Counted from the stretch's first letter, positions 34,682 through 44,576 are shown. The stretch: 64,000 bases of DNA from a virus (IMGVR_UViG_3300029904_000353:1107-65106); one strand, 5' to 3'. A program made the numbers and translations. The notes: generated by a model not told the origin, from the letters alone.

Positions 34682-37486
34682 TTACACTAATTCTTCCCCA
34701 GAGAATTTAATCCAATTCCCCCACTTGCCATTTAGATACAATCTTTTATATATATAGTTATCATTTCCATATGCTATGACAAAACTACCTTCGTTATTTC
34801 CTGTCAACCCTGGACCTGATTTGAATACTTGCATCAGACAAAACAAATCATAACCGTCTATTGTTACTACTCCTGTTCTATAAAAAAATCCGACCGAATT
34901 ATCATTGGATAAAAGAGTTCCCCAATCTGTAGACTGGTTAAAATTATCACAGACGATAGAAGTGTCCTTATCGCTAATGAAAATAGTTGATGATGAAAGA
35001 TTATGTATCTTTGTATTGCTTAATGGCAGTTCTACAGCTCCACTTGGCAAAGAAGCTATTGGTAAGGAATAACTTGCCAGTGCAAATCCTTTGTTTAGAA
35101 CGGGAACAACCTTTGTCAATCCCATTCCAAGATTATTATAGTAATACAAATGATACAAGTTATCCTTCAGCACATAATAGAATTTACCAAAGTTGGCTAT
35201 AGGGGAAGCGTAATTGGGCGTATAATATGTGGTATAAACAGAACTTGATATAGTGCCACGCTGACTCTTGATTCTGAAAACCACATCCAAGTAATCCATC
35301 TGGGTAATCCTTAAAAGCAAGAATTTTGGACTTTCCCAATCACTGTCCTGTGAATACTGAAGTGTTCCAAGATAAATATATGGACTGGATGATTCCCAGA
35401 ATCTTGTAGTAATGTTTGGACTGACTGCTTCATTGAATCCTCCTATATCTCCTATGGTAGTACCAGACAAATCACTATATAAATCCCAAACGACCCCATT
35501 GAATCTGTTTTCTATTATATTATTTGTGTACGGATAAATATCAAAAACTTTTTTCTTATCTCCTTCATAACTAAGATTTTGATAAATTATATCAAAATTG
35601 TTTGCTCTTACCTCTTCTCCAGTACCTGCATTAAGGATTTGTACAAGAGTTTTAGTCAATGCCGTGCATTCTCTTGCAAGATTCGAGTTTACCCATGAAT
35701 CTTTAGAAACTCTTTCAGTATCTATTTTAAGAGCAATATCTATATTATCGAAGAATATGTTAGAGAAATAATTATAGTTTATTCCACCATCTTTGGCATG
35801 TAGATATATTCCAACCTTATCATAGCTTTCTGTTAGTGTTGAGTGTATTTTTAAATCATGAATTCTATTAAATTCAGTCCATCCAATGTTGCTGTTTGTT
35901 TCCAACGTCACAAAGTTACCAGAGTAGTCCAATGACGCGTCTAATAACAAATCAAATAATTGATTATAGGACCCCCTTATGATAATTCCAGAATTATTTG
36001 TGAATGTAATCCTTGTATTAGGAAAACTGCCAAATAAAATCTTATCTCCATCTAATATCAAATCAGAAGATACTTCTACATTAGAAACAAGGCAACAAGA
36101 TTTGAATACATCAATAACCTTTTGAATGCTACCCCCTGAATTGCCAAACCATTCAATAAATCCTCCAGTAACATTCCATGTTCCAGAAAACGAAAGGGTG
36201 TCCCAGAATATTTTCTGTAAGCCTGAAATTATTTTGGTATTTTCACCTAAAATTGTTCCATTTCTCAAACTCCCTCCTTGAAAATCCAACGTACACCCTT
36301 CCGGTACAGTTATCGTCTCCCCATCCAAATCATAATCATACTGGATGATATACCGCGTATTCGCCTTATTCATCATCGCCTGTGTCAGCACATTCTTTCC
36401 GTCGGATATGTTCTTGCGAAGATATACACGACCAAGCCCACTGAACAAAGACGCGTTATATTCCTTGTTTGCAAACTGAAGCACATGGACATCTGCGGAC
36501 TTCTCAATAGAATGGAGATCTTCTTCATCCGGATTGTTCACGATCTCTACACCCCCTTCCCCTCCGGGTTGGGTATAGAGTTTGCCTGTAACAGGATCTA
36601 TCTTCACTTCTTGGGTATCTAAGGAAGTTTTAGTCGCAGCTTTTATGCCTCCTAGTGTGGTTTCTGTAGCCGCTTTTAATTCCTCCCCGCCTTTAGGTAC
36701 ATAAAGTTTTCCATCAGAACCAATTTTAACTTCTACGGTTTCACTACTGGTCTTGCTTGCAGCTTTGATACCGCCCAACTTCGTTTCTGTTGCCACAGAC
36801 AACGACCCTCCTCCGGGTTTCACATACAAGCGACCGGTTTCCGGATCCACCTTGACCTCTTCCGTTTCGTCATCCGTCTTAGTGACTGCGGTGATGCCAC
36901 CCAGCTTGTGCTCTTGAGCAACTTCCAGCTTAAACTTCAGCGAATCCAGATATTCGCCCTCAGTCCCATTGAAATCGCCGCGCAACACCGCTATTTCGTA
37001 GGCAGAAAGGCCGTCATAGCCATACGTGGCCACGGCGCTTCGGATCTTGATTTCCGCCTCTCCGCTATCCTTATAAAAAGTCGATTCACTGTCATATTCC
37101 GTCAACGCAAACACAAAATCCTTGCGCGAACGCATGATACAGCGGTCGTTGAAACGATGGTCGTGCGGATGCTTGAAGGGCCAGCGCAGAGGTTGGTTGC
37201 GGCAACCGGAATCCACGCTTGGCGTAAGGGTATCCGAACAGGGAAGGAGATTGTTATAGTTCTTCACCCAGATAGCTTCCAGCGAATAAGCGCCTTCCGG
37301 CAATCCCTGCGGAATGTCGAACACAAGATTCCCGCCTTCAGCCACAGCTTCAAGCAGGTATTTCTCATAATTACCGATAAGGAACACTTTGACCAACGCG
37401 CGAGAAAAGTCTTCGTGAACGTCGCTGGTGCCACGGAAGATGCTCCATACGACATGTATCTGACGGTCTTTGCTGATGTATATCAT
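34682..37486 (-). CDS. Tail spike/receptor-binding protein with putative beta-helix
   Basis: 3x (V/A)A..T.LGGI.A..KT repeats, YDYDLDGETITVPEGCTLDFQGG, N-rich beta-helix-like middle. Confidence 0.78.
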   Translation of the reverse strand: MIYISKDRQIHVVWSIFRGTSDVHEDFSRALVKVFLIGNYEKYLLEAVAEGGNLVFDIPQGLPEGAYSLEAIWVKNYNNLLPCSDTLTPSVDSGCRNQPLRWPFKHPHDHRFNDRCIMRSRKDFVFALTEYDSESTFYKDSGEAEIKIRSAVATYGYDGLSAYEIAVLRGDFNGTEGEYLDSLKFKLEVAQEHKLGGITAVTKTDDETEEVKVDPETGRLYVKPGGGSLSVATETKLGGIKAASKTSSETVEVKIGSDGKLYVPKGGEELKAATETTLGGIKAATKTSLDTQEVKIDPVTGKLYTQPGGEGGVEIVNNPDEEDLHSIEKSADVHVLQFANKEYNASLFSGLGRVYLRKNISDGKNVLTQAMMNKANTRYIIQYDYDLDGETITVPEGCTLDFQGGSLRNGTILGENTKIISGLQKIFWDTLSFSGTWNVTGGFIEWFGNSGGSIQKVIDVFKSCCLVSNVEVSSDLILDGDKILFGSFPNTRITFTNNSGIIIRGSYNQLFDLLLDASLDYSGNFVTLETNSNIGWTEFNRIHDLKIHSTLTESYDKVGIYLHAKDGGINYNYFSNIFFDNIDIALKIDTERVSKDSWVNSNLARECTALTKTLVQILNAGTGEEVRANNFDIIYQNLSYEGDKKKVFDIYPYTNNIIENRFNGVVWDLYSDLSGTTIGDIGGFNEAVSPNITTRFWESSSPYIYLGTLQYSQDSDWESPKFLLLRITQMDYLDVVFRIKSQRGTISSSVYTTYYTPNYASPIANFGKFYYVLKDNLYHLYYYNNLGMGLTKVVPVLNKGFALASYSLPIASLPSGAVELPLSNTKIHNLSSSTIFISDKDTSIVCDNFNQSTDWGTLLSNDNSVGFFYRTGVVTIDGYDLFCLMQVFKSGPGLTGNNEGSFVIAYGNDNYIYKRLYLNGKWGNWIKFSGEELV

Positions 37487-37492
37487 AACGAA

Positions 37493-38161
37493 TTAGGATG
37501 GATTAAAATTTGACGTTGCCAGTTTAAGGAACAAATCTCCTTGTTCAGAATTGCCGCGGCTGATTTCAACCAGGCCGGCGCAATAGTATACTATAGATGA
37601 GCGCAACAGGGCGGGAATACCAATGGTATCGCCTGAATCTCCCGAACGTACTATAGGAAGGGGAATATACAAGGCGCGTTCAATGCTATGGTCTGCCTTG
37701 CCGTCTTCACCTTTACCTGCCGTGAAGTATTCCATGGTGCGTTGCCCTTCCGCATTGTGCGAAAATACGCAGACCGGTTTCAGAGGTGTGCCTCTGGTGA
37801 AAGAATTACGTTGCATCAAGTCCGTGCTGCTCCCCTCTTCGGCTACGGAGGTCACGGCGCGGTTCCACGACTTCAGTTTGATACTTACCAACCGGAGAAA
37901 GTCGTCCGGCAACAGTATATAGCCACAACCGTCGCCTGCATCAACGGGCTTGACGGATCCAAGATCCAAGCTTTCCGCATCCAACAGCTGTGAGGGGCAC
38001 ATTTCGATAACAGAACGAACTGCCACCGCCAGTTTGGCGCGGATAAGTTCGTCCAGCTCCATGTTGTCCGTTCCTGTGGCCAGGTATTCACTTTCCACTT
38101 GGTTTTCGTCAAGAGTGATGCGAACAGCTTCCACCAATTCCTCTACCGGTACTTGCTTCAT
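37493..38161 (-). CDS. Head-tail adaptor-like protein
   Basis: YILLPDDFLRLVSIKLKSW...IVYYCAGLV; downstream of capsid. Confidence 0.6.
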   Translation of the reverse strand: MKQVPVEELVEAVRITLDENQVESEYLATGTDNMELDELIRAKLAVAVRSVIEMCPSQLLDAESLDLGSVKPVDAGDGCGYILLPDDFLRLVSIKLKSWNRAVTSVAEEGSSTDLMQRNSFTRGTPLKPVCVFSHNAEGQRTMEYFTAGKGEDGKADHSIERALYIPLPIVRSGDSGDTIGIPALLRSSIVYYCAGLVEISRGNSEQGDLFLKLATSNFNPS

Positions 38162-38165
38162 GGGA

Positions 38166-38564
38166 CTACTGAATACTGATGTTCGGGAAGCGTATGCTTA
38201 TTTTCGCAGCCTCGGCCAGAATCTCGTCCGGCGTGGTCAATGCATCGCGGTCGCTCCCGTGATTGTTCACTAAGTATTCTATGGCCTCCTGCCACGTCTC
38301 TACGCCCTTCACGTCCTGCACCTTCGAGGAGGATTTGGACTTGCGACCGGCTTTCTTCGACGCATGAGACGTTATTTCGGATTGTCCCTCCATGCGTCTA
38401 TAGATGCGTCCGTACATGTCGCTGGCCTCCAAAGCCTTGATTTCATCGTCATTCTTGGCGATGTACATGCTTCCGCCTTTGGTGCATGGGGTGAAACAAA
38501 AACGCTTGTCCACCCCATTCACCAACAACGAAAAAGATATGTTCAGATTAGAAATGTATCGCAT
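38166..38564 (-). CDS. Hypothetical virion-module protein
   Basis: 132 aa directly after capsid; C-terminal EAIEYLVNNHG small helical domain. Confidence 0.7.
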   Translation of the reverse strand: MRYISNLNISFSLLVNGVDKRFCFTPCTKGGSMYIAKNDDEIKALEASDMYGRIYRRMEGQSEITSHASKKAGRKSKSSSKVQDVKGVETWQEAIEYLVNNHGSDRDALTTPDEILAEAAKISIRFPNISIQ

Positions 38565-38680
38565 TTCAATGAAGAATTAATTTAATGAAGAACTAAGAAT
38601 TAAGAATGAAGAATTCTCAAGGATGCTCCGCGCTCAATTCTTCATTTTGCGCGGAGCGCGATTCTTCATCCTTCCTTTTT

Positions 38681-40096
38681 TTAGAGGCTTGCCAGCTTCA
38701 CCCGAGCATGTGCCTTCGGATAGACCAGGTAGCAGCAGCTTGCCTCCTTCATCACGACAGCCTGCGTGTCGCGCTTTGCCAGCTTGGCCATGTCGTACTC
38801 TTTGCGGCTCCAGGGGAGGAACGTCTTCTTGCGGAGGTATTCCGGATCGATAACAAACATCTCGTCGCTCTTCTCGTTCATGTCCATCAGTTCATGGTGC
38901 ATCACGAGCAGTTTGCCGAAATTGCTGTCGAACGAGGTGAACTTCAGTCCCCAACGCTCAAATTCCTTCACCACCTTGAAGCGTTCGCTCTGCATCTTGG
39001 CCAGCGTGGCAAGCATCGTACTGCCTGCAAAGCCAACCTTCGTGCCGTTACCAGAATCATTGCCGGTAAAGAGGTCTTTCAGGAAATCCACCATCTGGTC
39101 GTCGGTGATGGTAACTGAACCCGATGCAGCAGTGCCGATGGACATGTCCTTGCCGGCCATCCAGTAGATGCCGCCGGTGAAGTAAACATCTGCACCGCTC
39201 TTTTTCGGATCTTTGCTCTTTCCCTTGATGCCGAACAAATAACTGTTCTCCATGCCAAGGCGCATATCATAGATGCCGTCCTCCTCCATGTCGGAGAAAT
39301 TCCAGTCAACTTTCTTATCCCACATCTTGTCGAAAGTGGACTGCTCCACCTGCATCATGAACTTCTGGCAGAACTGTTCTTCCGGCGTGGGAAGGTTGTA
39401 GAAGTTGCCGGTCTCCACATCGATTTCCGATGCGGCGCGCCCCATGCGGATAAGGACAGTATCGACATTAATCTGCGGCACCAGACTGTTCGTCTGGTCG
39501 CTGTTCTTCTTGCCGTTGACGGCAATCACCACCGGATAACCCGTTTCGTCGTTCTTTCCCACTACGTACAGCATCAGGTCTTTGGTGTCTTCTGTTACAC
39601 CGTCGGCCTTGTAACCCTTCACGCCCACCACGCGGATAGTGTCCGTCAGCGAGAAAATGGAACCATCGTCCACCTGCACCGTAGTGGATGCCTGGCCGCT
39701 CGTCATGGCATTGACTTGCGTCTTGACCGTCGTCTTGATGGGGCGGGTAGCCACGCTGTAATACTGCACCACCATGCTTCCGCTGCGCGAAATCGTACTG
39801 GCACTTCGCGTAATCTGGTCGATAGGCGTGCGCATCGGACGCATCTTGGTGATGCGTTTGTCTACTTCCTTGGCATAATAATCCGGATCATCGTCCCCGG
39901 TCTGTTCAATGCCGGTCGTTGCCGTGGCGCCACCCAGCGAGTTGGTAATGTTCTTACCTCCATCTGCCATGTCCGTTGCCTCACCGCCCATGGCAGTAGC
40001 AGCCGCCATACATACGCCGGTCATCGAACTGGCCACGATGGCCAGCAACATCAACAATGCCTGGCCAAACCATTGATAGATTTTCTTCCCTTTCAT
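38681..40096 (-). CDS. Major capsid protein with N-terminal hydrophobic segment
   Basis: Follows scaffold; PIDQITR, NFCQKF-like FCQKFMMQVEQS, MENSYLFG, FTGGIYW, DTQAVVMKE; N-terminus WFGQALLMLLAIVASSMTGVCMAAA. Confidence 0.82.
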   Translation of the reverse strand: MKGKKIYQWFGQALLMLLAIVASSMTGVCMAAATAMGGEATDMADGGKNITNSLGGATATTGIEQTGDDDPDYYAKEVDKRITKMRPMRTPIDQITRSASTISRSGSMVVQYYSVATRPIKTTVKTQVNAMTSGQASTTVQVDDGSIFSLTDTIRVVGVKGYKADGVTEDTKDLMLYVVGKNDETGYPVVIAVNGKKNSDQTNSLVPQINVDTVLIRMGRAASEIDVETGNFYNLPTPEEQFCQKFMMQVEQSTFDKMWDKKVDWNFSDMEEDGIYDMRLGMENSYLFGIKGKSKDPKKSGADVYFTGGIYWMAGKDMSIGTAASGSVTITDDQMVDFLKDLFTGNDSGNGTKVGFAGSTMLATLAKMQSERFKVVKEFERWGLKFTSFDSNFGKLLVMHHELMDMNEKSDEMFVIDPEYLRKKTFLPWSRKEYDMAKLAKRDTQAVVMKEASCCYLVYPKAHARVKLASL

Positions 40097-40133
40097 CTTT
40101 CTGTTTCGTTTTTAATTGTTATGAATCGTTTTA

Positions 40134-40943
40134 TTAATCGTCCCACACGCTCTTGCGGCGTCCCACAATCTTATCCAGCCGGGAGAGCAACGGGTCTTCA
40201 CGCCTGCCGCTTTCACCACCGCGCCCGCTTTGCGAAATGTCGCTGGGCATATCAGAGGTCTTCGTACGTTTACGCTTGTTCAGGTCGATGTTGGCATTGC
40301 GCCCGGCCACTTCACCCTCTTGTCGTGCCTCGGCCACCCGGGCGTTGGCATCCTGCTGCATCAGGTCATAATTCGCCGCCTTCATCAGCATCATCCAGTC
40401 ATCCTTGTTGATGTCGTTGGTAATGATGCGATCTAACAGACCTCCGTCGCCATATAGATAGGAATAAGCCTTATCAGCATCTTCGTCGGTAAACTTGCCT
40501 TCGGCCTTGGCTGCGTCCAGGTCGTCCAGCATCTTCTGCATATTGGCTTCGGCCTGCGCTTGCAGTTCCTTGTTCCTGGCCTGCTTCTCGGTATATTTCG
40601 AGAAGGCTTCGGCAAATTCCTTGGCCTTGGCTTCGTCGTTCAGGGCTTCGCGGAAATCGTCGCCGTATTGCTCGATGAGGTATTCCATCGGGTTTCCTCC
40701 CTTGCGCATCACCATCAGGAATCCGGCACTGCGCGGGTCGTTGGCCAACAGTTCGCCCAATTCCCGCTGGGCAGCGTCGCTCCTGTCCATCCGGTCCCAT
40801 TCGTCACCCAGGACACCATAAAAAACCTCTTCGTCCCCGACATCCACATCGGGATGACGCTGGCCGAAGCGTTCCATGAATTGTTCCCTTCGGGTCTTTT
40901 CCTGCTGGTTATCAATCTTTTGTATCTCCTTATTTTCTTCCAT
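40134..40943 (-). CDS. Scaffolding protein
   Basis: Acidic, helical, basic C-terminal tip, immediately before capsid; start reassigned to ATG 40943. Confidence 0.75.
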   Translation of the reverse strand: MEENKEIQKIDNQQEKTRREQFMERFGQRHPDVDVGDEEVFYGVLGDEWDRMDRSDAAQRELGELLANDPRSAGFLMVMRKGGNPMEYLIEQYGDDFREALNDEAKAKEFAEAFSKYTEKQARNKELQAQAEANMQKMLDDLDAAKAEGKFTDEDADKAYSYLYGDGGLLDRIITNDINKDDWMMLMKAANYDLMQQDANARVAEARQEGEVAGRNANIDLNKRKRTKTSDMPSDISQSGRGGESGRREDPLLSRLDKIVGRRKSVWDD

Positions 40944-40960
40944 TTCCTTTTTCTTTTTCA

Positions 40961-40995
40961 CAAATGTAACGAGCCGGTTTCACGGCCTGACGATA
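40961..40995 (-). promoter_or_regulatory. Late promoter for scaffold/capsid operon
   Basis: TATCG-N26-TTTG with consensus -7 box TACATTTG. Confidence 0.6.
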
Positions 40996-41021
40996 AAAAA
41001 TGCCACTTGCGGAATATTTCG

Positions 41022-41029
41022 TAATTTTG
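41022..41029 (+). promoter_or_regulatory. -7 promoter box for terminase operon
   Basis: TAATTTTG 31 nt before ATG 41060, divergent from capsid promoter. Confidence 0.55.
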
Positions 41030-41059
41030 AAGCAAGGATAACAGCATCATTCTAAATAT

Positions 41060-41506
41060 ATGAGAAAGAAAGGTAGCGTTTTCGTCCTATCGGACAGCAG
41101 GAACCGGGATTTGCTGCGTGCCTACAACGAGCAGGTGAAAAAGCAGTTATGCCTGTACGGACGTATCACCAAGACGGGGCTTATCGAACGTACCGTAAGT
41201 TCCCCGGCCTCCCGCTTCTGGGTGTCGTCCGAACGGGCTTGCGTCATTATCTACCGCCTGGAGAAAGGGGAATCCATAGGATATATGAAAGAGAACAAAC
41301 TACGGTTCTACACGGAGCTGTACAAAGCCTTCTGCCTGTACCGCGAGCAGCATCCGGAAATCACCTGCGTCAAGCATCTGGTGGAAATCGTAGTCATGCA
41401 ACCCGCTCCCTGCTTCCCCATAACGCCCCGCGTGGCACGCAATATCATCGAAAAAATGCGCCGGAAATGCCAAAAGGAAAAAATAAACAAGTTGAACGGA
41501 AAGTAA
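41060..41506 (+). CDS. Basic protein with internal duplication; candidate late activator or small terminase
   Basis: VSSPASRFWVSSERACVII / VMQPAPCFPITPRVARNII repeats; first gene of terminase operon. Confidence 0.7.
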   Translation: MRKKGSVFVLSDSRNRDLLRAYNEQVKKQLCLYGRITKTGLIERTVSSPASRFWVSSERACVIIYRLEKGESIGYMKENKLRFYTELYKAFCLYREQHPEITCVKHLVEIVVMQPAPCFPITPRVARNIIEKMRRKCQKEKINKLNGK

Positions 41507-41967
41507 TAGTGTCACTTCTATTGCTTAACGTCTATCTGTGGCTGCCGATGAAATATGTTCCGGAACTCGCGGCTTCCTTCAATGCTGCCTGGTACACCCA
41601 TCTATGCAGCCAATGGGCGCATATCGGACTATTCCACCTGGTACTCAACCTATATGTGCTTTGGTTCTTGCGATTTACCTGGAAAGAATTTGGAGTCGCC
41701 TACCTTGTATCCATACCAGCCACCTTTGCATCCTCATCCGGTGCAATCGGTTTCAGCTCGGTCATCTACGCGCTGATGGGGTTGCTGCTGCCGCAGGTTC
41801 GTTTGTCCGTACGCGACTGGGGACTGTTCCTGGTTGTCAATGCGGCCACGGCGTTTGTGCCGTCCATCGCCTTTGGGGTGCATGTCGCGGCGTTTGGACT
41901 GGGGTTCTTATCTGCTAAAATCAAAAAATTATCTGATGAGTATAGAAGAGCTTGTAAAAGAGGATGA
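41467..41967 (+). CDS. Rhomboid-family intramembrane serine protease
   Basis: HIGLFHLVLN (TM2 H-x4-H-L-x2-N), catalytic GFS (GxS), HVAAFGLG (catalytic His helix); about 5-6 TMs; start reassigned to ATG 41467. Confidence 0.8.
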   Translation: MPKGKNKQVERKVIVSLLLLNVYLWLPMKYVPELAASFNAAWYTHLCSQWAHIGLFHLVLNLYVLWFLRFTWKEFGVAYLVSIPATFASSSGAIGFSSVIYALMGLLLPQVRLSVRDWGLFLVVNAATAFVPSIAFGVHVAAFGLGFLSAKIKKLSDEYRRACKRG

Positions 41968-44011
41968 CCGGAGGATGTCCGAGATACGTGCGCCATTCAA
42001 CCCCATCACGGGCGAGGGTTCAGTGGGAAAGAGGAAGAAGGTGCATATTGAGGACGTGTATCCCTATGATATGTTGATTCCTGTCCCCATGCTTCAAAAC
42101 AAGCTCGTAAAGCTCATCCTCAAGAAAGGCAGTATCCGCCAATTTTGTTTGGACCGCTATGGAATATGCGACACAGAAACCCGGGAGAAAGTAGTACGCC
42201 AATTCATCAAAGTGCGTTGCCGGCACGATTTTCCTTTCCTTGCCTATGCCTACAACTTAATCAAGAACAAGGAAGGCGGCAAGATGATACATTTCAAGCT
42301 GAGCTATCCGCAACGCTATCTGCTTTCCATTCTCGAAGATATGCGCCTGGCCGGTGTCCCTATCCGCATCATCTTGCTGAAAGCCCGCCAATGGGGAGGT
42401 TCCACGCTGGTGCAGCTCTACATCGCCTGGATTCAACTCTTTCACAAGGAAGGATGGTATTCCGACATCGTGGCGCAAGACGCTTCCACGTCACGAAAAA
42501 TCAAGGCCATGTACAGCAAGATGCTGGAAAGGTTGCCTCCTTGGCTCATCGGCTGCCCAGACAACGCGCAACTGGCTTTCACGCCTTACGAAGGTTCACA
42601 ACTGGACAGTATCATCACCTACGGAAAGGGTACGAACATCACCAAGGCACGTGATACGGTGATAACCATTGGCACCTACAACAATCCGAACTCCGGACGC
42701 GGCGGCGACATATCGTGCGTCCACTACTCCGAGGTCGGATTGTGGGAAGACACCGACGGCAAAAAGCCCGAAGACATCATCCGCTCCATATCATCCTCCC
42801 TGCTCATGGCTCCGCTCACCGTAGAGGTCATCGAATCCACGGCCAACGGCATGGGGAACTTCTTCTACCGCGCCTACCAGGCGGCCAAGCAGGGAAAGAG
42901 TAACCGGCGTGCCGTATTCGTGCCGTGGTTCAAGATTGAGAAATATACCCGACCTGTTAAAGACCGCAAAGCCTTTGCCCAATGGCTTTTGGACAACAAG
43001 GACAACAACAATCCACCCGAAGGTTGCTTGGATGCCGGCAAGTACTACTGGCACCTCTGGACGCTGGGGGCGACCTTTGAGGCAATCAACTGGTACATCT
43101 TCAAACGGAAGGACTACATTGACCACCAGGACATGATGGCAGAGTTTCCGTCGGACGACATCGAAGCCTTCCGCAACAGCGGCCGCCAGGTGTTCAACAT
43201 CTACTACCTGGACAAGCTGAAAGAGACTTGCAAGCCCCCGATCCACGTGGGAGAAGTGCAGGGCGACGGCGTGAAGGGCAGACGCGCCTTGCAGGACCTG
43301 CATTTCGTGGCCGACCACAACGGGATGCTGAAGGTATGGGCCATGCCGCAGCAGTTGAAGCACCGCATCGCCCGCCGCTACCTAGTCACGGTGGACGTGG
43401 GCGGACGGGGCAAGGAAGCGGACTGGTCGGACATCCTTGTCATTGACCGCTACTGGATGATGTTCGGCGGCAGCCCGGAGGTGGTGGCCGAATGGCACGG
43501 ACACATCGACCACGACCTGCTGGCCTGGAAGGCGGCGCAGATAGCCAGATTTTATGACAACGCCCGATTAGTCATCGAGAGCAACACCATTGAGACGAAA
43601 GACAACGACACGGACGGCGACCAGTCGGAACTCATCTTCAACCAGCTTGCAGGCGAATACGACAACCTCTACGTCCGCAAGGCGTCCGAAGCAAAGATAG
43701 CGCAGGGCATCGCCACCGAGTACGGCTTCCACACCAACCGCAAGACGAAACCCATGCTCATCAGCAACCTCGTGGCTTGCGTCCGCGACCTGTCGTACAT
43801 CGAACGAAACCTCGACGCCATCGCCGAGTATGCGGTCTACGAGAAGAAAGAGAACGGCTCGTTCGGCGCCGCCGACGGCTACCACGACGACCGCGTGATG
43901 ACGCGCGGCATCGGCCTGCACATCTGCTTCAACGAAATGGACCTGCCCGCCGTCGTCAAACCGAAGGACAAACGGCAAAAAACAAAGGTGATGACCGAAG
44001 CAAGCGTATGA
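41936..44011 (+). CDS. terL: Terminase large subunit
   Basis: LKARQWGGST Walker A, VHYSEVGLW Walker B, IESTANG, VTVDVGG RNase H Asp, HDDRVM; start reassigned to ATG 41936. Confidence 0.92.
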   Translation: MSIEELVKEDDRRMSEIRAPFNPITGEGSVGKRKKVHIEDVYPYDMLIPVPMLQNKLVKLILKKGSIRQFCLDRYGICDTETREKVVRQFIKVRCRHDFPFLAYAYNLIKNKEGGKMIHFKLSYPQRYLLSILEDMRLAGVPIRIILLKARQWGGSTLVQLYIAWIQLFHKEGWYSDIVAQDASTSRKIKAMYSKMLERLPPWLIGCPDNAQLAFTPYEGSQLDSIITYGKGTNITKARDTVITIGTYNNPNSGRGGDISCVHYSEVGLWEDTDGKKPEDIIRSISSSLLMAPLTVEVIESTANGMGNFFYRAYQAAKQGKSNRRAVFVPWFKIEKYTRPVKDRKAFAQWLLDNKDNNNPPEGCLDAGKYYWHLWTLGATFEAINWYIFKRKDYIDHQDMMAEFPSDDIEAFRNSGRQVFNIYYLDKLKETCKPPIHVGEVQGDGVKGRRALQDLHFVADHNGMLKVWAMPQQLKHRIARRYLVTVDVGGRGKEADWSDILVIDRYWMMFGGSPEVVAEWHGHIDHDLLAWKAAQIARFYDNARLVIESNTIETKDNDTDGDQSELIFNQLAGEYDNLYVRKASEAKIAQGIATEYGFHTNRKTKPMLISNLVACVRDLSYIERNLDAIAEYAVYEKKENGSFGAADGYHDDRVMTRGIGLHICFNEMDLPAVVKPKDKRQKTKVMTEASV

Positions 44012-44052
44012 ACCAGACAGTGAACAACAACAATAAGTACAACCCCGCTTTT

Positions 44053-44137
44053 CAGTCCTCATTGAGGACTGCGTCAGTATTCATTGAAGACTGCGCCAGT
44101 ATTCATTGAGGACTGCGTTAGTATCCTTTGAGGACTG
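44053..44137 (+). repeat. 4 x 22-bp array of imperfect palindromes CAGT..TCATTGAGGACTG
   Basis: 19-nt units at 44053, 44075, 44097, 44119 separated by 3 nt; first unit CAGTCCTCATTGAGGACTG is near-perfect palindrome. Confidence 0.85.
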
Positions 44138-44164
44138 GAAAGCAACTAAAAAAACTTTTTGATT

Positions 44165-44509
44165 ATGAATATGACAAAAAGAATCAAGGCTTTCTTCATC
44201 CTGATGAAAGCCGACCGGGAACTGAGACGGGCAAGCAGGCAGGCAGACCGTCTGTATCTGAAAAACGGCAGAAGATATTACGTCCTGCCCAACCTCCGCC
44301 ACGAGCTTCACGCCTACTGCTGGGCAGACATCAAGCGCATGCGCCGTGCCGGGATGTTTTCCAACCGCGCCACGCAGAGGGACTTCCTATTTGAATCCTT
44401 CTACCACACGCCCGGACAGTTCGGCGAGGGCACGCTGACGCCCCAACGCCGCAAGCAGAAACGCAATGCCTGGCTCAACTACGTGGCGCAGGTCCGGCGC
44501 CTGATTTGA
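44165..44509 (+). CDS. Basic hypothetical protein
   Basis: NGRRYYVLP, FLFESFYHTP; after terminase. Confidence 0.7.
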   Translation: MNMTKRIKAFFILMKADRELRRASRQADRLYLKNGRRYYVLPNLRHELHAYCWADIKRMRRAGMFSNRATQRDFLFESFYHTPGQFGEGTLTPQRRKQKRNAWLNYVAQVRRLI

Positions 44510-44550
44510 AAAATCATCCGCAAATGCTACGTTTTTCCAATCATAAACTT

Positions 44551-44558
44551 TATCTTTG
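44551..44558 (+). promoter_or_regulatory. -7 promoter box for small membrane gene pair
   Basis: TATCTTTG 19 nt before ATG 44577. Confidence 0.65.
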
Positions 44559-44576
44559 CAGTAAAATCAAGTAAGG

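Noticed and set aside
32115-37486. Diversity-generating retroelement or invertible shufflon acting on tail fibres
   Set aside because: No reverse transcriptase, invertase or template/variable repeat pair seen; duplications are protein-level domain repeats
44053-44137. CRISPR array interpretation of the 22-bp arrays
   Set aside because: Spacers are only 3 nt, there are no unique 25-45-nt spacers and no cas genes in the window
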